Shown here: one piece after another, positions 37,632-51,111 of the stretch
Position numbering within the stretch: position 1 is the first letter of the stretch
How the letters are laid out: every line of letters starts with the position of its first letter
Assembly (NCBI GenBank): GCA_964016885.1
Contig: OZ024742.1
Span: forward strand, 84,444,001-84,508,000
DNA from: Eledone cirrhosa
Lineage: Eukaryota
Length of the DNA stretch: 64,000 nt
Direction of reading: 5' to 3'
Notes under the pieces: model-generated
Database searches by the model: none
Told to the model about the DNA's origin: nothing
The model's input: the letters and a program-made list of their open reading frames with translations, nothing else
Made by a program: the position numbers and the translations under genes

Positions 37632-40600
37632 ATTCTATTTTAAGGGTACCAAAACATTGGTACGCTTTCATCAGATAAAATACGAAGTATGTTTTATAAA
37701 TTTTGACATAACTAAGGAAAATACCTTATCGGTTCAAGTTTTCCTTGGATAGTGAAGGGATAAGAGAAGAAAAGTCAGATATTTCAAATTGTTAAGATGA
37801 CTTTGCAAATGATTATGCAAATGAGGTTGAGGTAAAGGGCTGAAAAAACGTTATTTTAGACGCTATGGAGAATTTAAATAATTATGATATGTTTTTGTAT
37901 GCGTAGGAAAGAAGAAAAAGGAAGAAGAGCTTGTATTTACGTTAATTTGAAGGAAAAAGTGGAATATTATTCTAGCCTTTAAATTTAAATTTAAATTTAT
38001 TTACCTATATTATGCGTTTTAATATTGTATATATAATCAATTAGATTATATGAAGAATTATGTTTGTAAGTAGTTGTATCTTATTACATTACAATAGGTT
38101 ATATGTATATAAATATCTATATAGATTAATAATTGCGTATGCATTAGTATTATAGAAATAGAAATAATTTACAATTATTAGTTGTTTATAAAATCTAATA
38201 TGAGTTACGAAGGAAGCTAATTTTATATTTTACAGAAACAAATAGGTGGTTCAAGTTGTGAGAGGAGAATAATTTGTAGATTCGAATATTTTCTTCAACA
38301 TTGAAAATGTTTTCAGAATATTGTTAATTTAGCGAAGTTATTTAGATTATCATACATAATATGTTTATGTTTGCACGATTCAGAGAGGATAGAAAATTCC
38401 AATTTTGTTTGTTAACCGTTAAATTTGATGAGTGATTAACTCAGAACATATATAGAGAAAATTATATATTATTTTGTGTGAGATTAATTATCTTAGTGTG
38501 AATGTTTGAATATCAAAAAGAGAGGAAAAACGTAATGTGCTTTTCGAAGAACTATCGTAAAGAGGATACATTTTCAGAATGTCAATTAAAGATAATCAAT
38601 CTACATCTAAAAAAATATATCTAGAGGGGTGTCATTAGAAATATTATGTCAGAATTAAAAATATTAAACATATATATATTAAAAAAATTTATGTGAAAAT
38701 GTAGAAATATTAGAAATATTAGAGATATTAAAAAAAATTAGAAATATTAAAATATTAAAAGTATTAAAAATATTAAAAAATTTTAAAAATTTACATTTAA
38801 ATTTTTAAAGAAGATAGGATCATGTTGAAAGTGTAATATTTTAAATTAAAAATAGTTCTGAATGTGGAATTTCGACGATGTATGCAAGAAGAAAATAATT
38901 CTGTTCTAAGATTAATAGAGTTTTGACAGTTAATTATATAAAAGATTTCTTCGATACACAAGTTACAGAATCTTGATAAACCCATATTTCGTTATGCAGG
39001 TGCTTTCGAAATCATTCTCCAAGATATTGAATAGTCTATATTGTTGTCTTTTAAGTTCCAATTTAGTGAAGTAGAAGATTTTTATCAGATCTCCTAAATG
39101 TGTGTTTATGGTTATTTCAGCGTTCTTTAAATTTTCTTGAAATAGCACCAATATAGTTAAGTATTTTGTCTCTAGTTTTAACTGTGCATTTATAAACTAC
39201 GTTTTTGTCTAAACAATTATTTTGTAAAGGGCAGTTTGATTTGATTCTACAGTTACATTTTCTGGAGTTGTTGTTGTTTGGAATGGTACTATTATTCTGA
39301 ATATTGTTGTTAGAAATATTATTATTGCTATTTTGGTTAGTTTGGTTAGGGTTTAAATTTAAGTTTCTATTATTAATTCTATTTATATTTTGTGCTATGT
39401 TCATAGTAGTAGAATAGGATAGTTTTATAGTATGACTGTTAAAAATAGAGTGGTATCTGTGGGCTTTAGGAAAACATTTATCCAGTGCTTTAAAGAATAG
39501 CTTTGCTAAAGGTGTTTTACTACTTAATGAGAATGGGGGAGAGTACCAAATAATATTTCTAGTTATAATTTTTTTGATTGGTTTAGTGTTTAAGTTAAAT
39601 TGTTTATTATTATTATAATTAATACTAGGATGATTTGTCATGTTATTGTTATGTATGTATTTAATTTTATTCGAGTATCCTGCTCTATATAAAGCTTCAT
39701 TATAATATTCAGCCCTATCATCAAAAATATTTTTATTAGCAGAGATGCGTGAAATCCGTTGTTGGACTCTATTGACAATAGTGTTTTTAATATTTCTAGG
39801 ATGATTAGAATTGAAACTTACATAATTTAGATTTTCGTTAATTTTATGGAAAGGATAGTAAATACCTGTTCTAAGGTTTAAGGTTACATCTAAGAAGTTA
39901 ACGATGTTGTAGTTATTCTCTATTTCTAACTTAAGGTTGTAGTTGTTGAAAAATTGTATTATGGATTTCCTTTTCCTATTAATTTCACTATTGCTATGGT
40001 TTTCAATTAAAAGCAAGATATTGTCACGATATAAATCTCCGGTCATCTCTGGCATTTTCCTATGCAGTACATTATTAAATAATAACATCCTTCATAACTC
40101 ATATTAAAAATATAAACAACTAATAATTGTAAAGTATTTCTATTTCTATAATACTAATACATACGCAATTATTAATCTATATAGATATTTATATACATAT
40201 AACCAATTGTAATGTAATAAGATAAACAATACTTACAACTATAATTCTTCATATAATCTAATTGATTATATATACAATATTATAACTCATAATATAGGTA
40301 AATAAATTTAAATTCATACTCTGGAATCATATTCCACTTTCCCCCCAAAATTAATGTAAATACAACCTCTTCTTCCTTTTTCTTCTTTCCTCCGAATACA
40401 AACACATATCATAATTATTTAATTTCTCCATAGCGTCTAAAATAACGTTTTTTCAGCCCTTTACCTCAACCTCATTTGCATAATCATTTGCAAAGTCATC
40501 TTAACAATTTGAAATATCTGACTTTTCTTCACTTATCCCTTCACTATCCAAGGAAAATTTGAACCGATAAGGTATTTTCCTTAGTTATGTCAAAATTTAT

Positions 40601-40672
40601 AAAACACACTTCGTATTTTATCTGATGAAAGCGTACCAAAGTTTTGGTACCCTTAAAATATATATAATAGAA
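37632..40672 (-). mobile_element. 5'-truncated Naiad-type PLE with inverted pseudo-LTRs
   Basis: ORF 40088-38797: LYRDN(D), NFLDVTLNL, SNHP, WYSPPFS, CNCR...CPL...C, VVYKC, YIG, CNLC, CIH; arms 37632-38214 and 40088-40662 are reverse complements. Confidence 0.9.
40616..40672 (+). ncRNA. Hammerhead motif with G12A at the pLTR end
   Basis: Stem I UUUUAU/AUAGAA; CUGAUGA 40622-40628; stem II AAGCGUACC/GGUACCCUU; AAAA; UAUAUA stem III. Confidence 0.62.
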
Positions 40673-40810
40673 TAAATATGGTTTTATAAATATAGTTTCC
40701 ATTTATTTAATATCATTGAATATTACACTCCAGAAAACCTGTCAAGTGCTCTGAAACAGTTATAAACATTTATATTTGTTGAATTACCAACAAATTGAAT
40801 ATGCCTTCTG

Positions 40811-40937
<127 letters not shown>

Positions 40938-41195
40938 GAATACACCTATATGAAATTCCCTTCGCCACCACATACAACATACAGACACACATACTCTCGT
41001 ACACACGCGTGTATCTGAATATGTATGTCCCTATGCGTGTGTATGTATGTTTTACTCTATATTCCGATTTGAATTCTATAGGTGATGATGTTATTAGTAA
41101 ACACATTGTGAAACAGTTAAACAGTAAAGGAAGTAGATCTATTTGTTTACTGGAGCCATATTAGTTTAATGTTAAACATCTATTTGATTAAATCG

Positions 41196-41333
41196 ATCCC
41201 AGTGCGTAACTGGTATTTTATTTTATCGACCCCGTAAGGATTAAAGGCAAAGTTAACCTATGCGGGATTTGAACTCAAACCTTAAAGGACCGTAACTCTG
41301 CTGCATGTTGTTCGACGCTCACTGCCAATCCAC
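41196..41333 (-). mobile_element. Diverged SINE copy (another at ~41821-41952)
   Basis: tttatcgaccccgtaaggattaaaggcaaagttaacc...gatttgaactc...gccaatcc. Confidence 0.75.
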
Positions 41334-42161
41334 AACAATATAACAAATCAATGAAAGAACCAATTTCAGTTGAACACAAACGCTATGCATATGAGCAAAT
41401 ACCAAACAAAAAGGATATATTAGCGATACCGGATATATCTCCAAGGCTGTAAGTCACCTTTTCTGGTATATATTCTAAGTAAAGAGAATGATCATCATAT
41501 AAATCTAAATGCCAGTATTGGCGATACATTTAAGGGGAAATTTCGGTACATATCCGTCAACATAATAAGTGAGTTTCAAAGACAATGTACAATGAATATT
41601 TATAAGTTTCTCAGCCGTGTGATGTAGAAAATTTCCCGTGATATATATAATTTCCTAGGAATTTTGAAGTAGGAGTTCCAGATGGTATGATGGAAATGCA
41701 GTGCGTATCATTTCCCGAGGCCAACATGTTAATCTGTAAACAGAATGACCATGCATATATCTTCTCTTTATATGAATGTATGATTTTTATTCGAATTTAT
41801 TTTAACCTGTGGTTGGTAGTTTATCGCTTTCGTAATGATGAAAAGCACAGTTAACTTCGGCATGATTATAACACAGATCGTAAAGGAGCGTAAGCCTATA
41901 CCACAAATCATATTGTCCGATGCTCTACTGATATTGCCAATCCACCGCCCTTAAATTAACTTAATATTAACCATTGATTTGTGTCCAACTTCATGTATTG
42001 TAATATCTCATTAATTATTTGACTTTCATGAAATAATGATTTATTTTAATATTTAAAGTTTTACAATGCTCTTTAATATCGTCTCAAATAAAGTTCTACC
42101 TGTGTCAAGCTGTCCCTCTTTCTCTCTCTCACCCCCTCTCTGTCTCTCTCTCTTTCTCTCT

Positions 42162-42229
<68 letters not shown>

Positions 42230-43131
42230 TTGTGTGTGAGTGTGTGTGCGTGCGTGTGTGTATGTGTGTGTTTGTGTGTATGTAAGTATGCATTATATGA
42301 AATTCTAATATTGCATGTTTAGATTTTAAGAAATAACTTAATCGATTTTTCTATTTTGAAACACCCAGACTCCACATAGGGTAAATACCAATTAATACTA
42401 ATTTGCTGTAAACATTGGAAAGGTTGGTTATAACGCCTAACATAAAACAATAGTGAATAGAGGTTTAGTCATGTGATGGTCTGCATTAGACAAACATTGC
42501 ATTGGAATATTTGTTGTAGCTGCTTCTTTTGTTGTTTATACCAATTAACTTTTAATGTAGTCACATTTAAAATATGCTTTCCCGGCAGTGATTCTCCCAT
42601 GTCTGTTCTTCAAGCATAGAATATGTCGAAATATATTATCTAATATATTATTCCATTTTGAAACAACAGGAACGTTATGTTGAGGTTGGTGTTGTATTTG
42701 TCTACCAGTTTTAGCATATCGATTGTGTTATGTGCTCTTGCGTCGTGGGGAATTAAACCAGAAACCAACGTATTAAGAAGCTGCAATCTACATCAGCTTC
42801 ATTTAAAATCTGTGAGATTTATGCACAGCAGTTGAATGTCTATTACTAGCATTTTCACAGTGTTACTGCAATTAATTAATTAAGAAATTAACTGTCGAAA
42901 GTTAGACAAAATCTGTATAACTATAAAAAAAGAGAAAAAATTGACAAATTCGTGTAGAGCTAATGTGAAACTAAATTACTAATTATGTTTTTAGAATCTA
43001 ACATGATGAACCACCAGGATATTTTGCTCTATATTTTCTCACCGGACCACCTTCTTATTTTGTAATTTACAAGCAAGAGAATCATGAATATATAAAAACC
43101 TAAATTGGTTAAAATACTATAAAATGATGAT

Positions 43132-43311
43132 ATAATTGTTTCTACTTTTGGCACAAGGCCAGCAATTACCAGTGCATTACTGGTACTTTATTTTATCGAC
43201 CCCGTAAGGATGAAAGGCAAAGTTAACCTCGGCGGCATTTGAACTCAGAGCCGTAACTCTATGCTAGAAAGCATGGCGTCCGACCCTCTACCAATACTGT
43301 CAATCCACCAC
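43132..43311 (-). mobile_element. Full-length SINE whose 5' head continues as a tandem array
   Basis: Reverse complement of the 29935-30124 family. Confidence 0.88.
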
Positions 43312-44212
43312 CCTAGCATGGCGTTCAATCCTCTACCGATACTACCAATCCACCACCCTAGCATGGCGTCCGACCCTCTACCGATACTACCAATCCACCA
43401 CCCTAGCATGGCGTCCGACCCTCTACCGATACTACCAATCCACCCCCCTAACATGGCGTCCGACCCTCTACCGATACTACGAATCCACCCCCCTAACATG
43501 GCGTCCGACCCTCTACCGATACTACCAATCCACCACCCTAGCATGGCGTCCGACCCTCTACCGATACTACCAATCCACCTCCCCAACATGGCGTCCGACC
43601 CTCTACCGATACTACCAATCCACCACCCTAGCATGGCGTCCGACCCTCTACCGATACTGCCAATCCACCACCCTAACATGGCGTCCGACCCTCTACCGAT
43701 ACAACCAATCCACCACCCTAACATGGCGTCCGACCCTCTACCGATACTACCAATCCACCACCCTAGCATGGCGTTCAATCCTCTACCGATACTACCAATC
43801 CACCACCCTAGCATGGCGTCCGACCCTCTACCGAAACTGCCAATCCACCACCCTAACATAGCGTCCGACCCTCTACCGATACTACCAATCCACCACCCTA
43901 GCATGGCGTCCGACCCTCTACCGATACTACCAATCCACCTCCCTAACATGGCGTCCGACCCTCTACCGATACTACCAATCCACCACCCTAACATGGCGTC
44001 CGACCCGCTACCGATACTGCCAATCCACCACCCTAACATGGCGTCCGACCCTCTACCGATACTACCAATCCACCTCCCTAACATGGCATCCGACCCTCTA
44101 CCGATACTACCAATCCACCACCCTAGCATGGCGTCCGACCCTCTACCGATACTACCAATCCACCTCCCTAGCATGGCGTCCGACCCTCTACCGATACTAC
44201 CAATCCACCTAC
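43270..44212 (-). repeat. 45-bp minisatellite, 21 units, derived from the SINE 5' head
   Basis: Unit gcatggcgtccgaccctctaccgatactaccaatccaccaccct a; no spacers. Confidence 0.95.
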
Positions 44213-44340
44213 CATCAACATGATGATATCATGTGGAAACGTTTCAATCATTTTGATTCTTCTAACGAGTAACTTATATAAAAGTTTAGGTTCTGGATCA
44301 GCATATCATGTCGCACGAAAAAATAACTAATTCATGTATA

Positions 44341-44645
44341 ACCGTCGTGGTCCACCAAAGACCGGATCGTGGCTTTGTTGCCACGACGCGCCTCCGTCAC
44401 TCGGGCCCATTGAACGGCTTTCGTCCCCTCGTGTCTGAGAGCACGCACCCTAGCTCTGACAACGCAGCCTTCGTGCTTTGCATTGAAGAATTGGTCAAGG
44501 GCTAATTTCGCCGCAAGTACGTCGGCTGCGATGCCTTTGCTAAGCGCCTCGTCTAATTTTCTACCTAGTTCTCCGTCTGCTCTATTTTTCTCTATTGCTA
44601 AAGCCTTAATAAACCTAATGGACTCTATTCTAATCGATTCCGTTG
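44341..44645 (-). mobile_element. Tx1/L1 ORF2 fragment
   Basis: Homologous to ~17360-17660. Confidence 0.7.
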
Positions 44646-45099
44646 TTTATATTTCATATCACATGTAAAGTGGATTTCATCTATTTCTTGTTATTTCTAG
44701 AGTTAGCGAGGCCGCCGAAAAGTAATTTGTATAAAACCTCAATAAAGAAAAACAAAACAAAGCAATTTATACAACGTATGGAATTTGGGCCACAGCTATA
44801 TAAATGAATTAAGAAATAAAAGTAAAATATGCAAACAAAATAAAATATTTCCTTGCCTTATGACTATGAAATAATGTAATAAAAAAAAAAGAAGTCTCAT
44901 TTAGTAAACTATCATGGATACTTTTATATCTACGAAGCAAAGTTTAGAAGTAGATTGTGAAATTACTCGCTTATTTCTCATCATCCATTTTATTCTCTTT
45001 TCAGAACAGTATCATCAATCTCCCACTTATCCTCTTATTCCTGCTCTCCCTCCTCCCGGGCGTCGGATGTCCCGAATTGCGTTGGGGAAATTAATTTTG

Positions 45100-46770
45100 T
45101 GTATATGTTTGGTTTATTAGGATATTTTTTGTATATGGATTGTATGATTTTTTAGAGCGTTATGTAGTTTGTTTCTGATAAGCTGGTGTTGTGTGGCTTA
45201 TAACGCAGTACATTTTTTTGTTAATGTTTATTGTTGTGTACTGTGAGGAGTTTGTGTATTTACTGTTGTTGTTGCGGATGAGCTTTTGGTTGTGTTTGGA
45301 ATGTTTACTGTGTTTGGTATGTTGTCTTTTGTGATGTTGGTGCTGAGTGTGGAGGTGAACTGGCGGTGTTACTGTTGTTGTTGTACTGGTGATGCTGGAT
45401 TGAATAGTAGTGTAGAGATGTTGGTAATGTATGTTCTATGTGTGTGATGCGCCTTTGAGTGCGAATTGTCAACTTTTTCCTTTTTTCTTTTTTGTTCAGT
45501 TTGCCTATCGCCCTCATGACTATACTCTATTGGGGAGGGGCATGTCTTGTATTTCTGCTGCTGTTATTAATGATGGAAATACTGTTGTTGTTATTGAGAT
45601 TAATGGTATTGTGACCACTATTTGTGCCAGTGTTGGATGTGACGTAGACAGAAGAGGAATCTTTCTTGTTTCCTGAGGGCTAAGGGCCGTAATGTACGAT
45701 TTTGCGCCACATATGTGAAAACTTGGCCTTCCGACTTATACTGTCACGGGTATGTGGGGCCTGTACACATAATCTGTTATATCTGGGATGGTTTCTCCGT
45801 TGTATTAGATTGAATTAGAGGTTCCATCCCAGAACCTGACCAGTTTTGGGTTTTTATATTATATAAATCGCGGATCTTTTGTTTCTTCAACGTCCATGAG
45901 GACCGCTACATGTAGCCAGGATATAGCTATTGTAGACGGCACCTGGATCAGTCAAATTTGTATCAGTCTTTGACCGCAATGCGTGGGCAGCAGATTGATT
46001 CCCTCGCTCTGAGTTGTGTGAGGGAGTGTCATCTCATTTCCTACGTCTATTGCCCACTATTCCTGCCTCGGGCGATATGGATTTTGCGCTCGCACACGTA
46101 ACCAAAAGCCTTTTGGATCTGGGATTCGATAGCTAGCTCCACCCGGCGTGACCTCATTCCAATTATACGGTATGTTACTGTACAATGTCGCACGTTTTCA
46201 CATACGTCAGACGGACATTTGAGACTGACTTTTCAACATTTGCTTGGCCTCTTTTATTTCATTTTCGTTTACTTGTATGATGTCCGTATTTGTCGTTGCA
46301 CCTGCGAAGGAAACGGATGTTTTCGGTGGGATTTTTCTGGGTTGTGTTTGGAGGTGTGACACTCGTGTCTGCGTTTTTTACTGTTGTTATTGTTGTTGTT
46401 ATCATGCTTATTGTTACTGTTGTGTCGTTGTAGGTATCATTCTTATTGTTACTGATATTGTTGTTAATGTTGTTGATGTTGCCATTTGTGATGCCGATCT
46501 TGTCTGTGTTACTGTTATTTTTGTTGTTAGCTTCTGTTATATTTATTGTTGCAGTGTTGGTGGTGTTGATGTTATTAATATTGTTATTCATGTTGTTGTT
46601 ACTGTTTCCATGGCCCAGGTTCTTATTCTTTGTATTCATGCTTTTGTCTGTGTTGGTTTTAATTTTGTTTTGTTTTAGTTGTTGTTATTGTGGTGGTGAT
46701 GGTGTTAGTGGTGGTGGATGTGCTTGCTCTCCTTGTGGTGGGGGTGGTAGCGTTCATATAGGTAAACATT
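45100..46770 (-). mobile_element. Degraded Tx1-like ORF1 region
   Basis: Asn/Thr-rich N-terminus (46259-46639) and decayed GR...C knuckle at ~45680-45735; same layout as 18600-20227. Confidence 0.55.
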
Positions 46771-49024
46771 GACAAAACCTTTATTCGAAGAATTTAAATC
46801 ATTTTTTAATACTTTTACATGAAATACAGACAAGAGAATATTTAAATATATATTACAGAAACCCAGCCAGTGTCAGATTGTAAGATTAAATATTTCATCA
46901 CTGATTCTGTTGCTTTATAAGTCTGACAATAATAATTGTAAGCTGCTACATTAACTCTACTTCTGTTGTAACGTCTGAAAAAAGAACTTAAATAAAGGAA
47001 ATAAAACAGAAAAGAGAAATAAACCGAATAGAGATTATAACAATATATATCACATACTATACTCTACCACAACAAGCATTTCTGCCATTACTACAAATAC
47101 ACCACACCCATCAGCACTACCATTTACAACTTCTAATACAACATAACAACACAGCCACATTGTCTGCTGCTGCAGTAGTCACTGCCACAAAGTCAATTAT
47201 CACAACTAGCAATAGCAGCAGTACTACAAGATCAAACACGAACATCACAATTATAAGACCCTCCCCCATAACAACAGCAACAACAAGTGGAATTGTGTTG
47301 GCATATAGACACAACCAACACAATTCAATGTAAGTTCTACTGATACTACGTTACATTAATATCTTTTGATGTTGGAGTTCAAATGGATTTTAAAAAATAA
47401 TTTTTCCGTCACTTTCCATTTTTTAATATTCCGTCCTCCATTTTTGTTCACATTATTTCCTTTGTTTTTCATGTTTTTTTTTCTTCTTCTTTCTATTTTT
47501 TCATTTATTGCCTCATTTCTCCCTTCCTTTTTACCTATTTTTCCTCTTTTTTCAGTTTTTTGTTATGATTTCCATGTACACTCTATCGTTTGTTTGCTGT
47601 GTTCTTCTCTTCTTTATTTCTTGTCATACATTAATTTATTCCTTTTTGTTTTGTTTTTCTACTTTCATTCTCTCTTCACCTTCTTTCCCTCTCCTTTCTT
47701 ATATTTCTTTCTTTCTCTCTTAAACTTTTCTTGTTTTTCTCTAGTTTCTATATTTATTATTTCTTTTCTATTCTTTCCTACTTTCTCGTAACATCCCTCA
47801 CCGTCCCACACTCCACACCCACACCGTATAAAACTCCACACTCACACCAACCCACGCAGCCTCTACTTCAATTATCACCCCCACCTCATCCGTTCTTTAC
47901 ACTAACATTCTCTCACTCTATTCGGAACTTTAATTGGATGTTTTCAGATTTATGTCTTCTTTTAATATTTTGTTATTTTTTTCGATTTGATACTTTTTTT
48001 TATTTTAGTTTGTATGCCTAGTTTGTCTGATGTGTTACGGTGTTTATGAGTTTTTGTGTGAGTGCGTATGTATTCATATATATATGCATTTGTGTCTCTA
48101 TAACGCATTTGTAGCAAATAAGCAATTTGAATGTACATGTGTGCCCGTGTACACCTATCTGTATGTATTTGCAGCTGTGTGTATGTATGAGTATGTGTAA
48201 TAGTAAATGTAAGTATATGTAAGTATATGTTTATTGGTGCATATATGGGTGTGTCTGAATATCGGCGGGTACACACACATATATACTCAAACATTTAGAC
48301 ATATATATATTTGTGTGTATCTGTCTGTGTATGAGTTTTGTTTATGTGAGATTGTATATATCTATAATCGTTTATGTATGTGTATGTTTGTAAGAGTATG
48401 TAAAAGTGTATATCAGTATATGTACAAGTAGATGTGTGCATATATGTACACAATTGAGCATATATATACATGCATATACACGAGTATATTTATCTACATA
48501 TTTGTATGTGTATGTGCTTACATGTGTGATCCTGTGCGTGTGTTTCATCTTTAGAAGCCATTCTTTCTAAACTTTCCATTACAATAACAGCAGAAAATCG
48601 TATTTCTTTCAAAAACTTCTCTGTTTAGTCATTTTATGACAAGTTTCCTGTTTTTTTAATTTCTTTACATATATAATATTTTTTCTTTCGATTCTCCTTC
48701 CCCATTTACTCGAAACTTACTTTCTTGGTTACAATTTTCTCTGCTTATTTTCACCACCTCTACACACGCCATTCCCCCAATCTATCTATCATTACATTGC
48801 AGATAACTCAACATGATTTTATTAACAAAAGGTAAAAAGAAAACTAACAAAAACATATTGAAAATAAAAACATTTGTTCTAGATCTGCAATCGAGTATAG
48901 ACACAAAAGCAAACTCACACACACGTGCACGCTCGTATACATACACACACACCTCTACCCCCAACATACACACACGCACATACATATATATCTTTATAAA
49001 TCTTTATATTGCATGGGTATATGA

Positions 49025-49062
<38 letters not shown>

Positions 49063-49130
49063 CATTTGTAAAAACATTAATATATATATATATTTATATA
49101 TATATACATATATATACATTTGTAAAAACA

Positions 49131-49181
<51 letters not shown>

Positions 49182-49394
49182 TATATAGAGAGAGTGATTT
49201 TTCTTGTCATTTTCCACTTTTGTAGAAAGTATTTATATTTTAATTCATAAATGCATTTCACTTCAGTACTTAAATTTACAGACTTAGAGATTTGAAGCTT
49301 ACAGAAAAAAAAAGAACTCACACACACAGACACGCGCGCACAAGCATAAACACACCACATACCCACATCCATACACAGACACACACACACACAT

Positions 49395-49449
<55 letters not shown>

Positions 49450-49475
49450 TATATATATATATATGTATATATATA

Positions 49476-50475
49476 TAAATGGAAAAGAATGAAACGAAAT
49501 TTCATTTCTCACTCTTAGTACGGCTGATACCTAAATATAAGTATGTATACGTACATACATATATGTGTACAGACGTACAGTAGTATGTATATATATACAT
49601 ACAGGCACACATATATATATGTACGTATCGGTTTACCGAACATTTATTATAATGTTCGGTTTGTTTTAAACAAACAGCCCGAATTATGCCGTACAGTGCT
49701 CGGCAACCATCGTCGCCCTTTAGTTCAACATTGACACAGGAACGATGTACTAGTTTCAAGTTTATTAGCTATCGTCAGCATCGTATACCTTTCTGTCAGA
49801 TGATTGAACGTTTGAAAGTATATACTTTCCTTATGCATATTAACGGCTGAGAAGCTTAATTTGCATAATAGACGATGGTTGCCGAGCACTGTACGGCGTA
49901 ATTCGGGCTTTTTGTTTACAAACAAACCGAACATTATAATAAATGTTAGTTAAACCCTATACGTATATATATGCATGTATGTATATATATATATACATAC
50001 TACTGTACGTCTGTACACATATATGTATGTACGTATACACACTTATATTTAGGTATCAGCCGTACTAAGAGTGAGAAATGAAATTTCGTTTCATTCTTTT
50101 CCATTTATTGTTTTCGGTATGCCCGGCCGACTAACTCACTCGATATGCAAATTAGGCTTCTCAGCCGTTAATATGCATGAGGAAAGTATATACTTTCAAA
50201 CGTTCAATCATCTGAAAGAAAGGTATACGATGGTGACGATAGCTAATAAGCTTGAAACTAGTACATCGTTCTTGTTTCATGTTGAACAAAAGGCCGACGA
50301 TGGCTGTCGAGCATTGTACGGCGTAATTCGGGCTGTTTGTTTACAAACAAACCGAACATTATAATAAATGTTCGGTAAAGCCATACGTACATATATATAT
50401 GTGTGCATGTATGTATATATATATACATACTACTGTACGTCTGATCATATATATGTATGTAGGTATACATACTTA
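49476..50475. mobile_element. Non-coding HHR-bearing element: one inverted unit followed by two direct partial units
   Basis: 49476-49867 is the reverse complement of 49871-50107 and 50144-50475; embedded in (TA)n. Confidence 0.8.
49742..49784 (-). ncRNA. Minimal type I hammerhead ribozyme, intact core (second copy 50227-50269 +, C3G)
   Basis: ACGAUG-CUGACGA-UAGCUaauaAACUU-GAAA-CUAG-UA/CAUCGU; palindromic ACUAGU stem III; GUA site. Confidence 0.8.
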
Positions 50476-50476
50476 C

Positions 50477-50509
<33 letters not shown>

Positions 50510-51111
50510 AACCTTTGTATATGTATAATAAAGCCAAAACAATGCAGGTATGGACATAGAATAAAGAATGCAAATGCAAAAGATATTGTTCACAATTAGT
50601 CTTTTACCGTAGATTTATTTAAATCTCCTCAATTTTCGAGATAATATCTCTTCTTCGGAGGGAAGTAAACCAGTGTTCTAAATAGCTTGCCAAGTCATGC
50701 TGACATGAAATGGTATAGAGTATCTGTTCTATTTCTAATGTCAAAGAGTTAAGGTTAGGTGGATAAAGAGTAGTCTCCCTTTAAAAGGTTTTTTTTTTGT
50801 ACAAGCCTGTTTAAGTGTGGGGGAGGATGCATGAAGGTGTAAGTATGTGAGTGTGTGTGTTTGAGAGTGAGAACATATGTCTATACGTAAATATGAGGGA
50901 TAGATGTTATCTCGTGTTAGAACAGGTCTTTGTGTGTGTATGTGTGTGTGAGAGAGAGAATAAGTGGAGGTGTAAGCGCGCGTGCGTGCGTGAGTGTGTG
51001 CGTGTGTGTGTGCGGGTGTGTGTGGGGTGTGTGTGGGCGTGCGTGAGCGTGTGCGTGTGTTTGTGCGGGTGTGTGTGGGGTGTGTGTGTAAATATGGGGC
51101 TAGAAGCTCTA

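Noticed and set aside
39117-39119. In-frame TGA in a Naiad-type ORF as possible selenocysteine
   Set aside because: Falls at the aromatic position of FKER[W/Y]NNH rather than a Cys position; frameshifts and other stops follow; simplest explanation is TGG to TGA
40614-40660. AUGA...AAA hairpin as a SECIS element
   Set aside because: Lacks the 3' GA of the quartet, helix is too short, and it fits the hammerhead layout better
43245-44223. 309-aa and 320-aa repeat ORFs; possible CRISPR array
   Set aside because: Spacer-less 45-bp tandem derived from a SINE head; frames are open only because the unit is a stop-free multiple of 3; eukaryotic context with no cas genes
50627-50661. Hammerhead-like relic on the minus strand (similar relics at ~49245-49316 and ~52700-52732)
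   Set aside because: Two or more core mismatches and no valid cleavage triplet or stem I; cannot be told from chance
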